DNA of 46,087 nucleotides from Neolecta irregularis DAH-3 (taxonomy: Eukaryota), in NCBI GenBank assembly GCA_001929475.1, contig LXFE01000124.1:1-46087 (forward strand). Direction: 5' to 3'. This document shows positions 35,922 to 46,087 of the stretch, in pieces. The notes under the pieces were generated by a model. That model was given only the letters and a program-made list of their open reading frames with translations. It did no database searches and was not told where the DNA came from. The stretch's first letter is position 1, and the number at the start of each line of letters is the position of its first letter. The translations under genes were made by a program, and so were the position numbers.

Positions 35922-37024
35922 ATGGACTTGGCAGTTACTCCTACTATCCATATGCCAATCAAGTGGACTCTTGAAGGCACACTTAAACAAATCAACAAGA
36001 TATATCCATATTTGAATGCTCCTGAAGCCATTGAAAAGTTCTTTGAGTCTTATACATGGGTGTACTACCATATGCCCCAAAATAGCAAATGGACTTTTGC
36101 TGCAGAAAGATTATTGACTGAAGCCAGAGAGATGGTATGATTGAGAATATTGGATTATATGCCAACTTATAGATTGAGAAGGATGATCCTGACTTTTATT
36201 CCTTGCTCTGCTCAGTAACGCAAGACAATACACAACATTTACCTTTATCGGAGCTTATCGACATCTCAGTTCTTCCCGTCTTTGTTAATGAAGTCATTGA
36301 TTTGGAAACAGTTAGTATTATTAGTGATCCTATTTCTGACAGAGAATGTACTCCTACTATCTCCCTTCCCTTTGGAGTTCAAGTTAAAGAGGAGCCTATA
36401 TCTCCCAAATTCCCAGAAAAGGACATGCACGAGCCTGTACCTTCTGCTGAATCTACTCAAATAAACATCAAGCTTGAAGAGAAGGATACAACTCAGTTGA
36501 ATACTACCATCGTTGAGCCTCTCAAACAGCCTGGTCCGGATCAAAATGGATCGTCTTCTCCAAGCATACCAGAGTATAGTAATTGTGCTATGAATGATGA
36601 TTCCAAGGCCATAGGGACAAATGATTTACCACATATTGCAGACTCTCCTTCAAGAGCTGTATATTATCAACCACCGTCTTCGACGCAAGCATACCCTCCA
36701 ACTCTATACCATCAACCCCAAATCTATCCTTACCACCAAGAAGAGTTCGACCATAACCATCAATTCGCTACTGGCCATAAGTATGGACAAATGGGTTTCA
36801 TGCAGATGAATTTTCAAGAGGCGGCTATGTATAACCCTCATTACTATCACCCTTCAATAAGCTCCCTTAATCCCAACGCTCCTTCTCACCCTTATCAATA
36901 TCAAGGGCATTTATCTAAAGTCAACTCTCCTATACCTATTCTTAAAAAAGCTAAAAGCCTGCCTAGTGTTTTAATGAAAACTGTCGAGGACAATACTTTG
37001 CATGGGAAGAAATTATGTAGTTGA
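35922..37024 (+). CDS. Orphan protein with P/Q/Y-rich low-complexity C-terminal half
   Basis: Two ORFs joined in frame by intron 36135-36172 (GTATGA..TAG); no recognisable domain; start and end uncertain. Confidence 0.45.
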
Positions 37025-37505
37025 TCCATAGATCCCGAATTTGACAGTGTTTCATTAAATATAAAGGTGTATAAAGAGATTGGCATACTGTAGTCCCTTT
37101 AAAGTAGGATTGTTACCTTATTCTGTTAATATGAGCCTAATGCAGTCAACAAAATTATGTAGGATTTGCTTACAAGTCTAAATCAGTGATAATTATCTTC
37201 TAAAAGAACCTATCCGCAAAATACAACAGTTTAGGTACGCTATTTTACTGAATCCCATACTTTACCAAGGTGAACAAATCATTTTGATCATGCAGCGCTC
37301 GTTGTGGAGATTGGGGCAAGTGAGCTCAATTTTCTTGTCGTGTCAACGAAATAAGGATCACACGTGGAAAGGATGTGGAGAAGAATGGAATAGGTAAAAT
37401 TAGTTAAAAAGGCAAACGGCACCTTCAGAGTTCGAAATGGGGACGAAGGCTTATTGACCAATATCGTATCATTATTACAAAGACGATAGCGGGCGCCTCA
37501 GATCT

Positions 37506-37914
37506 TCAGGTTCCCCACTTTCTCATAATTCGGCTGGCGATATGTAATACGAAAACGCTGGCGATAAATCCAATAGCCAAAACCATAACGATAATCGGGT
37601 CCCTGCAATGTGAGTGGATTTGTGAAGACGACAAACGTACACTTTTAAGCCAGGTGCGTCATCAGTATACAATTTCAACATCGTTGTAGTAGAACCACCA
37701 GCACCAGCAACTCGAGTTCCAGCCGGTCTCTTATTATTTGCAGCTGTTTCCTGAGCTGCTCGTCGTCTGCAATCCATGTTAAAATATGCAGAAAAGAAGG
37801 TACCCTGCCTAACTAATGTTCGAGCAACTCCTAGAGGAACACCAGAATCCGATTGGGAGGCAGAACCTGACTAAGACATGTAAGCAAGTGCCGTATTGAA
37901 AGCGACTATACCAT
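37506..37914 (-). CDS. SBH1: Protein translocon Sec61 beta subunit
   Basis: AGAGGSTTTMLKLYTDDAPGLKV|DPIIVMVLAIGFIASVFVLHI; the ATG is immediately followed by an intron; three introns. Confidence 0.93.
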
Positions 37915-39183
37915 AATGATAAGCGGGATTATAACAGGAGGTTGAAATTGGATGGTTCAGGGAGTGACACGCCACCTACCTAAACAAAATGCTAATATCT
38001 TCGATAAATACAAAATTATATATTCTCAGGTAGGAAATAGTCGCTTGGGTTTCTGAGAAAGTTCTTCCTCGCAACCGTCGGACTCGCTTGTAGAGTTTAT
38101 GTATCCCTCTTGTAGTTACTACTAGAACCATTAGAGTTTTCCGGCTCAAGGCTAAATCTAACGAGATATGTGAACTAATATTCGTGCTGGCTTCTCTGAA
38201 ATTTAATATGTTCCCGATGTCCAGCTATTCGGATGCTGAAGATCGTTTCTGAAAGAAGAAGTCGGGACTCTTGATATGTCGCCTAGCAGTCTGTCGAAAT
38301 TCAGTTTCTAGGTTCAGACGACTCAAGTTTTATATTCATATTGATCACGGGAAAGAGAATATATATTTCACAAGGTGTTGCTAATCAAAGCTGATAAGTA
38401 TGATTGATCGTGTAGAAAAGTGGTATCAGTGAACCTCAGACGTCTTAGGAAGCCTCAACACTCAACGGTGAATGATTAATGATTTTTTACGGCAGTTTGT
38501 GCTTAGTTAAAGCGGCCATCACAGGAGTGAGTTTGAATAAGTCGTGGCAATGGAAGATTATGAGATAAGTATTGTCAGCACAGAGCTTTCCAGAGAACTG
38601 TCAGAAGCTGGAATTTACTTCTGGGATCTAGAGTAAGTCACTCTAGATCCCAGTGTCGGATCTCGGGGCCTGATTACGTCCCCACAGCTCTGGAGTTGTC
38701 CAACATGAAATATAGAGTTATAGGTAGGTGGTAGGAAAATAATATGTTAATTGGGAGAGGGTGGGAGGAGTAATGATGTGAGGTGGTCGGGGGTAACGTA
38801 ATAGTAAAGTGTAGATGATAGGGAAAAACTGATGAAAATGTGTGGTGAACGGTGTACCCAACCTCTATTATGATATTACTATCAAGTCTACCAAGTCCAA
38901 GTAAGCAAGTCTGAGAGTGACTTCTGAAAGTCGGCTTTGCGGATAACTGTCAGCCCTGTGGGTGGATGGGTATATTTGATATACATGCCAAGCAGTTGGA
39001 GACTTGTCGAGCTTGAATAAAGATCAAGGATTATTCCTATGTCGGCTAATCTCAGGATCAAATATACTGAGAAAAATTCTAAACAGATTGATTCATCATA
39101 ACTTTCATCTTATCCATCACTACTCAACAAACAAGTTCCCTATATGCCAGACGATATTCTTGACCAAGTGCAAAAAACATTGT

Positions 39184-39822
39184 CTAATGGAAAGTTGCGG
39201 GTCGTTTGGCAGAGAAGATTGTCTTTGATTTGTTGATACGGTGGGGCAGAGGGAATTTCAAGTTGCTCTCCAATAATTGTCGGATATAAGGTCGCTTGAT
39301 GTCTGCGGACTTTTTAACTTCGACCACTTGGAGAATCTAATGCCCAGTTAGTTTGAAATGTTGAAGAATCATTTACGTTGATAGAGCTAAATCGAGCACG
39401 ATGTCGTGAGGCCATATCTTGATACAATGCCTTGACGGCATCTGTTCGACTCATTTCTCGGTATTCTTTGTACATGTTGTGGGTCCCGGATCGAGAGTCA
39501 TACCGGATGAATATACCATAGGTCTTGACCTTGAGAGGTCGCTTTTCGGAGATCTAACATCTTTGTCAAACCTACGATCATCTTTTAGACAGTTGAACAT
39601 ACCACATTGATCGAGATAATTTCGCCATTGCTCTTCTTGACCTTTCTGAGTTTCTTGAGGAAGTACCAGAATCGAGACTTGGCAATGACTTGATTGGTAG
39701 CAAAAAGTCGCATCCGAAAGAGCTTTGGGACTAGAGAATTTAGATTCGATGTACAGAAGAAAAGCAATACCTGGCTCGCTCTCTGAGGGCAAGCGCCGGC
39801 CAATAACTTGGTATTCGTGCAT
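39184..39822 (-). CDS. RPL20: 60S ribosomal protein L20 (eL20/L18a)
   Basis: [75 protein letters not shown]; three coding introns. Confidence 0.97.
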
Positions 39823-41129
39823 GACTCTTGTAGGTGACGATTTGGTAAACTGATACCAGGCGAGTCGTGGATGACTTGAGGGTGGTGAGGAGGTGACTGC
39901 TGTCGACCGCTAATTTCCACAATCATAATTTACGGCATCTCTACCAGCTGGCTGTTACGACAACGGCTCTTAAGCGGAAGCCTTTTATCGCTTACCATCG
40001 ATTGAGTTGGTCTTTGTCTATGACTACTGCTCAGTTCTTTTTGGATAGAAACCGTATTAAGCTGTAGTTATTCTTCTAACCTCTGAAGACCTCAGCACTA
40101 CCTCAAATGCCCTACTTCACAGTTGATTATATTTTGATTGTGAAAAAGCAAAAAGATGATACATAACTAAGAGGAGAATTGATCTTAATGGGTGCTTGAA
40201 GAAAGAAATGTTCTTTGAGAAATATCCGCGTAAAATTCCATGGACGGATGATTGAGGTGAAGCACTAAGTATGAGCTATTTTAACTTGTCCAGAAATATT
40301 GAGATGGTCAAGGGGAAAATCTTGGGTCAAGGAAAGGAGTTTTAGTCATGAGGCCATGTTTTCTCCAGTTCTTGACTATTGATAATGGAGTGAATCCCAA
40401 CTAGTACTGTCTCATAGAAAGTTTGCAGTCCATAGCCTCCTTCGACATCTAAGGTTGACCAGGAGATGATGAGCGAGGATTGTGGCTATGTTGACCACTT
40501 AATTATCGTAGCAAATCTCTGGGTAAATAAAATGTTGAACATTCTTTGTCTGAGACACCTTATTTGGGTTTTTTGAGAGAATCCCTTAAGATTCTGAAAC
40601 GTCCAACGACTTAAAGGCATGCCCGGAATGATCCATATACAGTTTCGGCAAAAATGGTGGAGTGAATAATATAGACCCGATATTGGATCAGGTTGAAGTT
40701 GTGGGGGCTCGAAGTTACCCACAGTAATAAAATCCACCGGGTTGCCACCGTCACCACATGACCGTTGGGGGTAACTAAAGGAACTGTCATGGGAAGCCGC
40801 CAGTGTCATGACCTCGCTTATATGGGGCTATCACAGGAATTTCCAGACAGAAAGTGTAAGAACATGAGTTCCCTGGCGAGCGCTTAGTGAAAGAGTGATA
40901 TCGCTTGATTTCTAAAGCCCCGATGCTCTTCAAGGAATCGGCAGTTTTATCTAATATAAAATCATTTATAGAAGATTATATATAAGGCTCAAATATTAGT
41001 CCTCGTGGCGAACGCCTTCGCATCATCTTGGTTTAAGATTGGCGCGAAAGATTGAGTACTCCACTAATCGATATATAAAACATTCCGACTAATCATCAGC
41101 TCTCTTCGGAACATCGCAAAGTTAAACCT

Positions 41130-43311
41130 ATGTCAACATTCAACGGCTATCTACGCGAGTTTCCAGATATAGCTAGCATGTGCCGATGACTTTTTGGATT
41201 ATACTCATCTCTTATAGTCGATTTCTTTCGTGATCGACAACCACACCCTCCTCCGAAAGCCCTTTTCCTCTCACATGTTCATACAGATCATCTACGAGGA
41301 CTTGATACGTACAAGAATAATTCATTCGTTTACTGCTCAAAGGCGACAAAGGAGGTAGGTTTCTTGGAAAGAGCTGTTTTAGAATTTCCCTAGTTACTTT
41401 TAAAGTTACAGACAAAACATGATAGAGTAAATCTCGCTGAGGGAGTGCTAGAGAAGCCAAATTTTCGGTACCGTAATTTGAGTTATCGGAAGGACCTTCT
41501 CGTATACGCTAACGTTAATCCTTCCAATTGACGATATAGAGGGTACTGCCGATGGAAACGCCAACAGTAATTGATATTGGAGGGCCAAAGATTCGTATAA
41601 CTTTATTTGATGTGAATTTGCTCCATCTTTCTTTCTGATATGTCAGGCAAATCATTGTCCCGGAGCCTGTATGTTTTTGATTGAAGGTAACGGGAAGGCG
41701 GTATTGTATACCGGTGATTTTAGAGGTAAGTCTCAATATTCGCTTGGATTAATAGACTAGCGGAAACCTGGTGGAGGAATTCACTCGCCCGAAATGCTGC
41801 CCTGCTCCCGTATCTGAATTCTAAAGTCAAAAAGTTGGATTGCATATACCTTGATACAACGTTTGCGTCCAAAGATCCTCGCTGCATGCACTTTATTTCC
41901 AAGGTATCTCTTAACAACATAGGTAGAGCATTTCTAACTGAAAGACAGAATCTGCGATGTCTTTAGTGGAAGAAATGGCAAAATATCCAGACGACACTTT
42001 CTTCCATTTCAATGCCTGGACTCTTGGTTACGAGGAACTTTGGCTAGCAGTAGCAAATGCTTTCGACTTCAAGGTCACAGTCCGATTAAATATCATTAAT
42101 CATATAGATTCACGTGGATCGATATCGCAATAGTTTGTTCCATTCAATTCGTAGTCCCGATTCATATAACCACGGGCCATTTCTTGCTGGGTATAGTTAC
42201 ATCAATAACCAAAAACCAAACGCAAATCAAGACATAGAGGGTATGCTTACACAAAATCCAACGACTAGGTTTCATAGTTGTGAAGCAACCGGCTCATGTC
42301 CTGTTCGCGACGATGCTAAGAAACAGAAAAGGCTCATTCAAATTGTTCCATATGTCACGTGGAGCGAACATAATATCAGTTTGCGAAGAATTGTTGCTGT
42401 CAGAAAAGGCGGTTTAGAAGAGACTGCGAATATTTTGAGTGAATTTGCTAAGGAAAGGGTTATTCCAGAGAGAGAGGAAGTCCAGAAAGTTGCGAAAAGA
42501 TTAAGCATTGACTTGAGTCCTGAAAGGAAAGCGATTCTTTGGGAAAAGTTGGATGATTTGGATGGGACTGTGATCAAGGAACCCGGCCATACTGTCCTAC
42601 GAGGAACCAAGCTCGAAGAAGACGGAGAGGACCTACCATCGATTATCGTATAACGATATCAACCAGCTGGCTGATATACAGTACATCCCTTATAGTCGGC
42701 ATTCATCACTCTCAGAACTTCAAGATTTCGTCGGCCTTTTCCGTCCAACAACTGTCTTTCCCTGCGTCGCAGACAACGAACGTCTCTTTTACCTGGACAT
42801 GAAAGATTGTTTCGCAAATTATGTTTCCGGAAATTTCACCTTCTTTAACGAAATGCTTCTTTGTCAGCACAGAGACTCGGTCGTCGACAGTCGCATAATT
42901 CTCGAAAGGGTCCTTCAAGAAAAGTGGGCTTACGATGACTTGGATATCGATACCGATGGCGAAGAACTTTCCATAGAATCGTTGGAACTTGAAACAAGTG
43001 AAACGCAAACCTCTTTCTCGAAAGTCCTTGCTATGGCCGCCGAACCAGCTTTGAAGATCCAACAGTTGAAGAAAGAGCTAGCGGATGACATGCCAATTGA
43101 AGACACCACTAAGGATCCCACTGGAAGTTACATTAGTAGCAATTCCCAAACGCAACGAAGTGGAGAGGATACAAGTCAAGAATCGGTCTTCTACTATGAA
43201 AGTGAGACCGCTGATCCTGAAAAAGTCGAATTTTGGAAGGAATGGATCGAACGTGGCTGCGAAATTAAAATGAGCTGCGTTAAATGGCCAACAGTCGAAG
43301 TCGAACTGTGA
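41130..43311 (+). CDS. DCLRE1C: Artemis/DCLRE1C-type metallo-beta-lactamase beta-CASP nuclease
   Basis: [76 protein letters not shown] and [11 protein letters not shown]; the first intron is GC-AG (41176-41217). Confidence 0.9.
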
Positions 43312-43555
43312 CAAACGTTTCATTATTGTCCGACAATATATTCTCACAAGACTGAGTAGTTGCAAGCATAGGTTTCGCCTTAAGATGTGCTGTGTCACTC
43401 AGTTAACATTCTAGAACGATCGACTGTGGAACCTTTTCAGGAAACCCATTGATGACTATCCATTTACTCAAATCTGTTGTATGTTAAATTTCCTGATAAG
43501 TTGAAGTGGAAAATTCCTTACACCGCTCTCTTCCTATTGATTTCTGATACCTACA

Positions 43556-44317
43556 ATGATGCCAATCCCTCCTCATTTCGCCTTTCATCAGCACTCGTTC
43601 CACTCTGTTTGTCGTGCACGAACATCACTTCCATCAGCTACCTATTTCTTGGACTCGAGGCAGAGACAAGTTTTGTCGCCTTTTACAACCCATCTTTCTC
43701 CTGATTTGAAATCGCAAATCCTGAATTATCTCAACATCAACGACATCATCGCTGTAGGGAGGACATCGAAATCAAACCTCGAGATATGTAAAGCATACTA
43801 TGCGCGTCATAGCCAAAAGTTGAGACCATATAGAGAACAAATCAATTTTACGTTCACAAGATATCTAAATGCAAGTCAGACCAATCCAATCAATGCCGCT
43901 TTCAAGATTTCAAAGTTGCAGAGTGAATTAGCTCGTTTGGGCTTCATGAGAGAATACGCAATATTAGCCACTCGATTCGAAGAAGAGGAGATTCTACCGT
44001 CCCGACCTGGAGTCTCTTTCAATCCAAGACTGCTTCAATTCTATGCTCTATGTATCGCGAAAGGAGATTTCCGTATAACTAAAGGACTTTGTACTCTAGA
44101 AAATTTGATGAAATTTCGATCCATTGAATCTGCTCGATATACCTGGTGGTTTTATCGAGCTCTCTGGGAGAACCCGCTTGATGATAAGGCAGAAAAAGGA
44201 CTAAATTATTGCTTCCAGTATTGCTGTGAAGTTGCGCAATGTTGTGAAGTTAACCAGAATGTTAAGAAGGCATACATTGAACTTTGCGGATTGATGTATA
44301 GCTTGGGATGTTATTAA
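43556..44317 (+). CDS. Intronless F-box-like protein (family member C)
   Basis: 253-aa ORF with F-box pattern FTTHLSPDLKSQILNYLNINDIIAVGRTSK; shares a downstream motif with member A. Confidence 0.7.
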   Translation: MMPIPPHFAFHQHSFHSVCRARTSLPSATYFLDSRQRQVLSPFTTHLSPDLKSQILNYLNINDIIAVGRTSKSNLEICKAYYARHSQKLRPYREQINFTFTRYLNASQTNPINAAFKISKLQSELARLGFMREYAILATRFEEEEILPSRPGVSFNPRLLQFYALCIAKGDFRITKGLCTLENLMKFRSIESARYTWWFYRALWENPLDDKAEKGLNYCFQYCCEVAQCCEVNQNVKKAYIELCGLMYSLGCY

Positions 44318-44669
44318 GAGTACGGATTGTATTGCGGTTAGGGAGGAGACATGGGAGAAAGGCTGCATAGTATTATTTAATATCACGTGAAAAAGCCTGT
44401 GTCCGCCCATGGCCCATTGCCAACACTCCCGCTATCTGCCAGATCCAGGGTTAATGGGCAGTCTTTTTTGCTATTCTATGGCGTTTTTGTCTACTTACTT
44501 CTTGTTCTGCGGGGCAGCCTTTGGCGGCTCCCGGCACTTTCTGCTCCCTTTCCTTCCACTACCGCCCATCCTTTCTTTCTTTTGTTTTCTTTCCCACCTG
44601 TAATGACGAGTCCGCTGCTGGCGGCTATATGAAGGCCTGTTTTCTTCTATGTCGCTTATAACATTTCTC

Positions 44670-44938
44670 TCGACGGCTCACGACATGAAAGCCCATGAAT
44701 CCTTTGAATGGTTTTCATAAATGTCTCACCAAGTCAGATATTTTTTCCGACTTTTCTATTCCTTAAATTCTTGACGACTTATGACACGAATGTCTCACTG
44801 AGTAGGATATTTTTTCCAAGTACAAGATTTCTTCTTTTCTTTAAATTATCGACGGCTTGAGACAGTGACAGTCGTAAATACTGGGAACGGGTTTCATAAT
44901 TATCTCACCGAGTGAGATATTTTCTCCAAGTATATAAA
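44670..44938 (+). promoter_or_regulatory. Three degenerate tandem promoter repeats plus TATA box
   Basis: T(G/A)TCTCAC.-.AGT..GATATTTT..CC recurs at ~44722, ~44791 and 44901, each preceded by a GACG(G/A)CT motif; TATATAAA at 44931 lies upstream of ATG 44984. Confidence 0.55.
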
Positions 44939-44983
44939 AGACATCTATTCAGCAAACTTGTAAACTTGTAAACTTCTGCCAAG

Positions 44984-46087
44984 ATGAAGGTTACGCTTAT
45001 TGTCCTCGGTCTCGTTACCGTCAGTGCTGTAGGTGTCCAACAGAATGGTATGAAGAAATCACTTCTAGTAAGCATTTGTTTGCTAACAACTTCAGGAGCT
45101 GCTCAGTCAGTCTCTCCTACTCAAGTTGATGCTTATCAGCCTTCGAATGTTGTTCGACCCGCTGAAATAAATCCACGAATCAAGAATAATGATCCATTCT
45201 CGGAAATAACTGTAGAGGAACAGCCACCTTTATCCAGTTCTGATTCCTCGCTTCCTGAAACAACTTCGTGGGTCCGTTCAACCCTCACTTCGGTGTTCAA
45301 CGCTTTCAAACCCAAAAAGAGATCGAGCGCTCCAATACGTGGTAATAATTTCACCTGCCATCAAGTTAATATTTTGTTAGTAGCAAACAATCACGCCTAC
45401 CCTTATGCTATCCTGCCTGAGAATGCGTCAACTGAAGATCGAGGGAAGAATGATCATCAAACTGTCGACAATCCTGAGGAGATTCTGTTCAAAGGTGAAG
45501 AAAGCAAACGAACTAATACTCCTGAAGACAAATCTGAGAAGAATGATAATATAGGTATGTTTCCACTCACTTCTCATTCCTCATTTGGAAGATTCCGTAC
45601 TACCTAAGGCTCATGACGATTCTGCACATGAAGAAATGGAACAAACTGATGTTTCTGTTAAGAGTTTAGGTATGCTCTATTCAGGTCTCTTTTCTCATTT
45701 GGCAGAAATTGCTCAAACACCTCCAAGATTTTATAAATGGTATACTACAATGCGTGATTACGTTGTTGGATCAGGAAAGAAAGATGAAATTGTGGATGTA
45801 GAAACCGAACCAAGCCTTTCTGGTGAAGAATCTGGATTTAAGAAGGAATCTGATAACAATGGTCATCTGAGTATGTCTCCAATCTGTTCCAATTTCTTAT
45901 ATTGTCAGAAAATCCAAACAGTCATCCTCAAACTGCTGACGTACAGCCAATTCGACCTGAGGGGGGATCTGATAAGATACCCGAGGAGAAACCAGAGGAG
46001 AATGCTCCTCAAATTGTCCAAAATCCTGAGGAGATTCGTTTCAAGGATGAAGAAAACAAACGAACCCAACTTTCTGAGAAATCTGAC
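44984..46087 (+). CDS. Secreted acidic repeat protein, multi-exon, truncated by the window end
   Basis: Signal peptide MKVTLIVLGLVTVSAVG; short introns (e.g. 45048-45095); internal repeat NPEEILFKGEESKRT / NPEEIRFKDEENKRT. Confidence 0.7.

Noticed and set aside
38420-38428. TGGTATCAG as a retrotransposon primer-binding site
   Set aside because: Short match with no adjacent LTR pair or gag/pol remnants.
39857-39868. Possible ACG start giving (M)TRL for RPL20
   Set aside because: No acceptor puts it in frame with HEYQV, and an ordinary ATG at 39822 ([12 protein letters not shown]) suffices.
40100-40810. Minus-strand ORF fragments between RPL20 and Artemis
   Set aside because: No recognisable motif or consistent exon chain; possibly a relic but unsupported.
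44670-44930. Spaced repeats as a CRISPR-like array
   Set aside because: Eukaryotic context, degenerate repeats, and irregular, mutually similar spacers.

Overview
Compact, intron-dense fungal (ascomycete) genomic DNA. Gene content and very short introns suggest an early-diverging lineage such as Taphrinomycotina (inference only). The left half is mostly conserved housekeeping genes: SAM50 3' end, THO2, an RGS-like gene, ATG3, calpain PalB/Rim13, RAD17, YOS9, a YFH7-like kinase, CWC24, ATP1 and two intron-containing tRNAs. The right half mixes conserved genes (glutaryl-CoA dehydrogenase, RCH1-type SLC10A7 transporter, Sec61-beta, RPL20, Artemis) with lineage-specific material: three intronless, mutually related F-box genes, a hidden divergent TEA-domain factor, two secreted proteins, MITE-like repeats and decayed gene relics. 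The strongest signals are (1) a two-class intron system of 31-48 nt introns with degenerate sites (AAG/GAG acceptors, GC and odd GT donors) plus a few 143-255 nt hairpin-filled introns, one with a possible poison exon in CWC24; (2) the dispersed intronless F-box family with a shared uncharacterised helical domain; and (3) the split TEA-like gene. All exon structures were inferred by eye.
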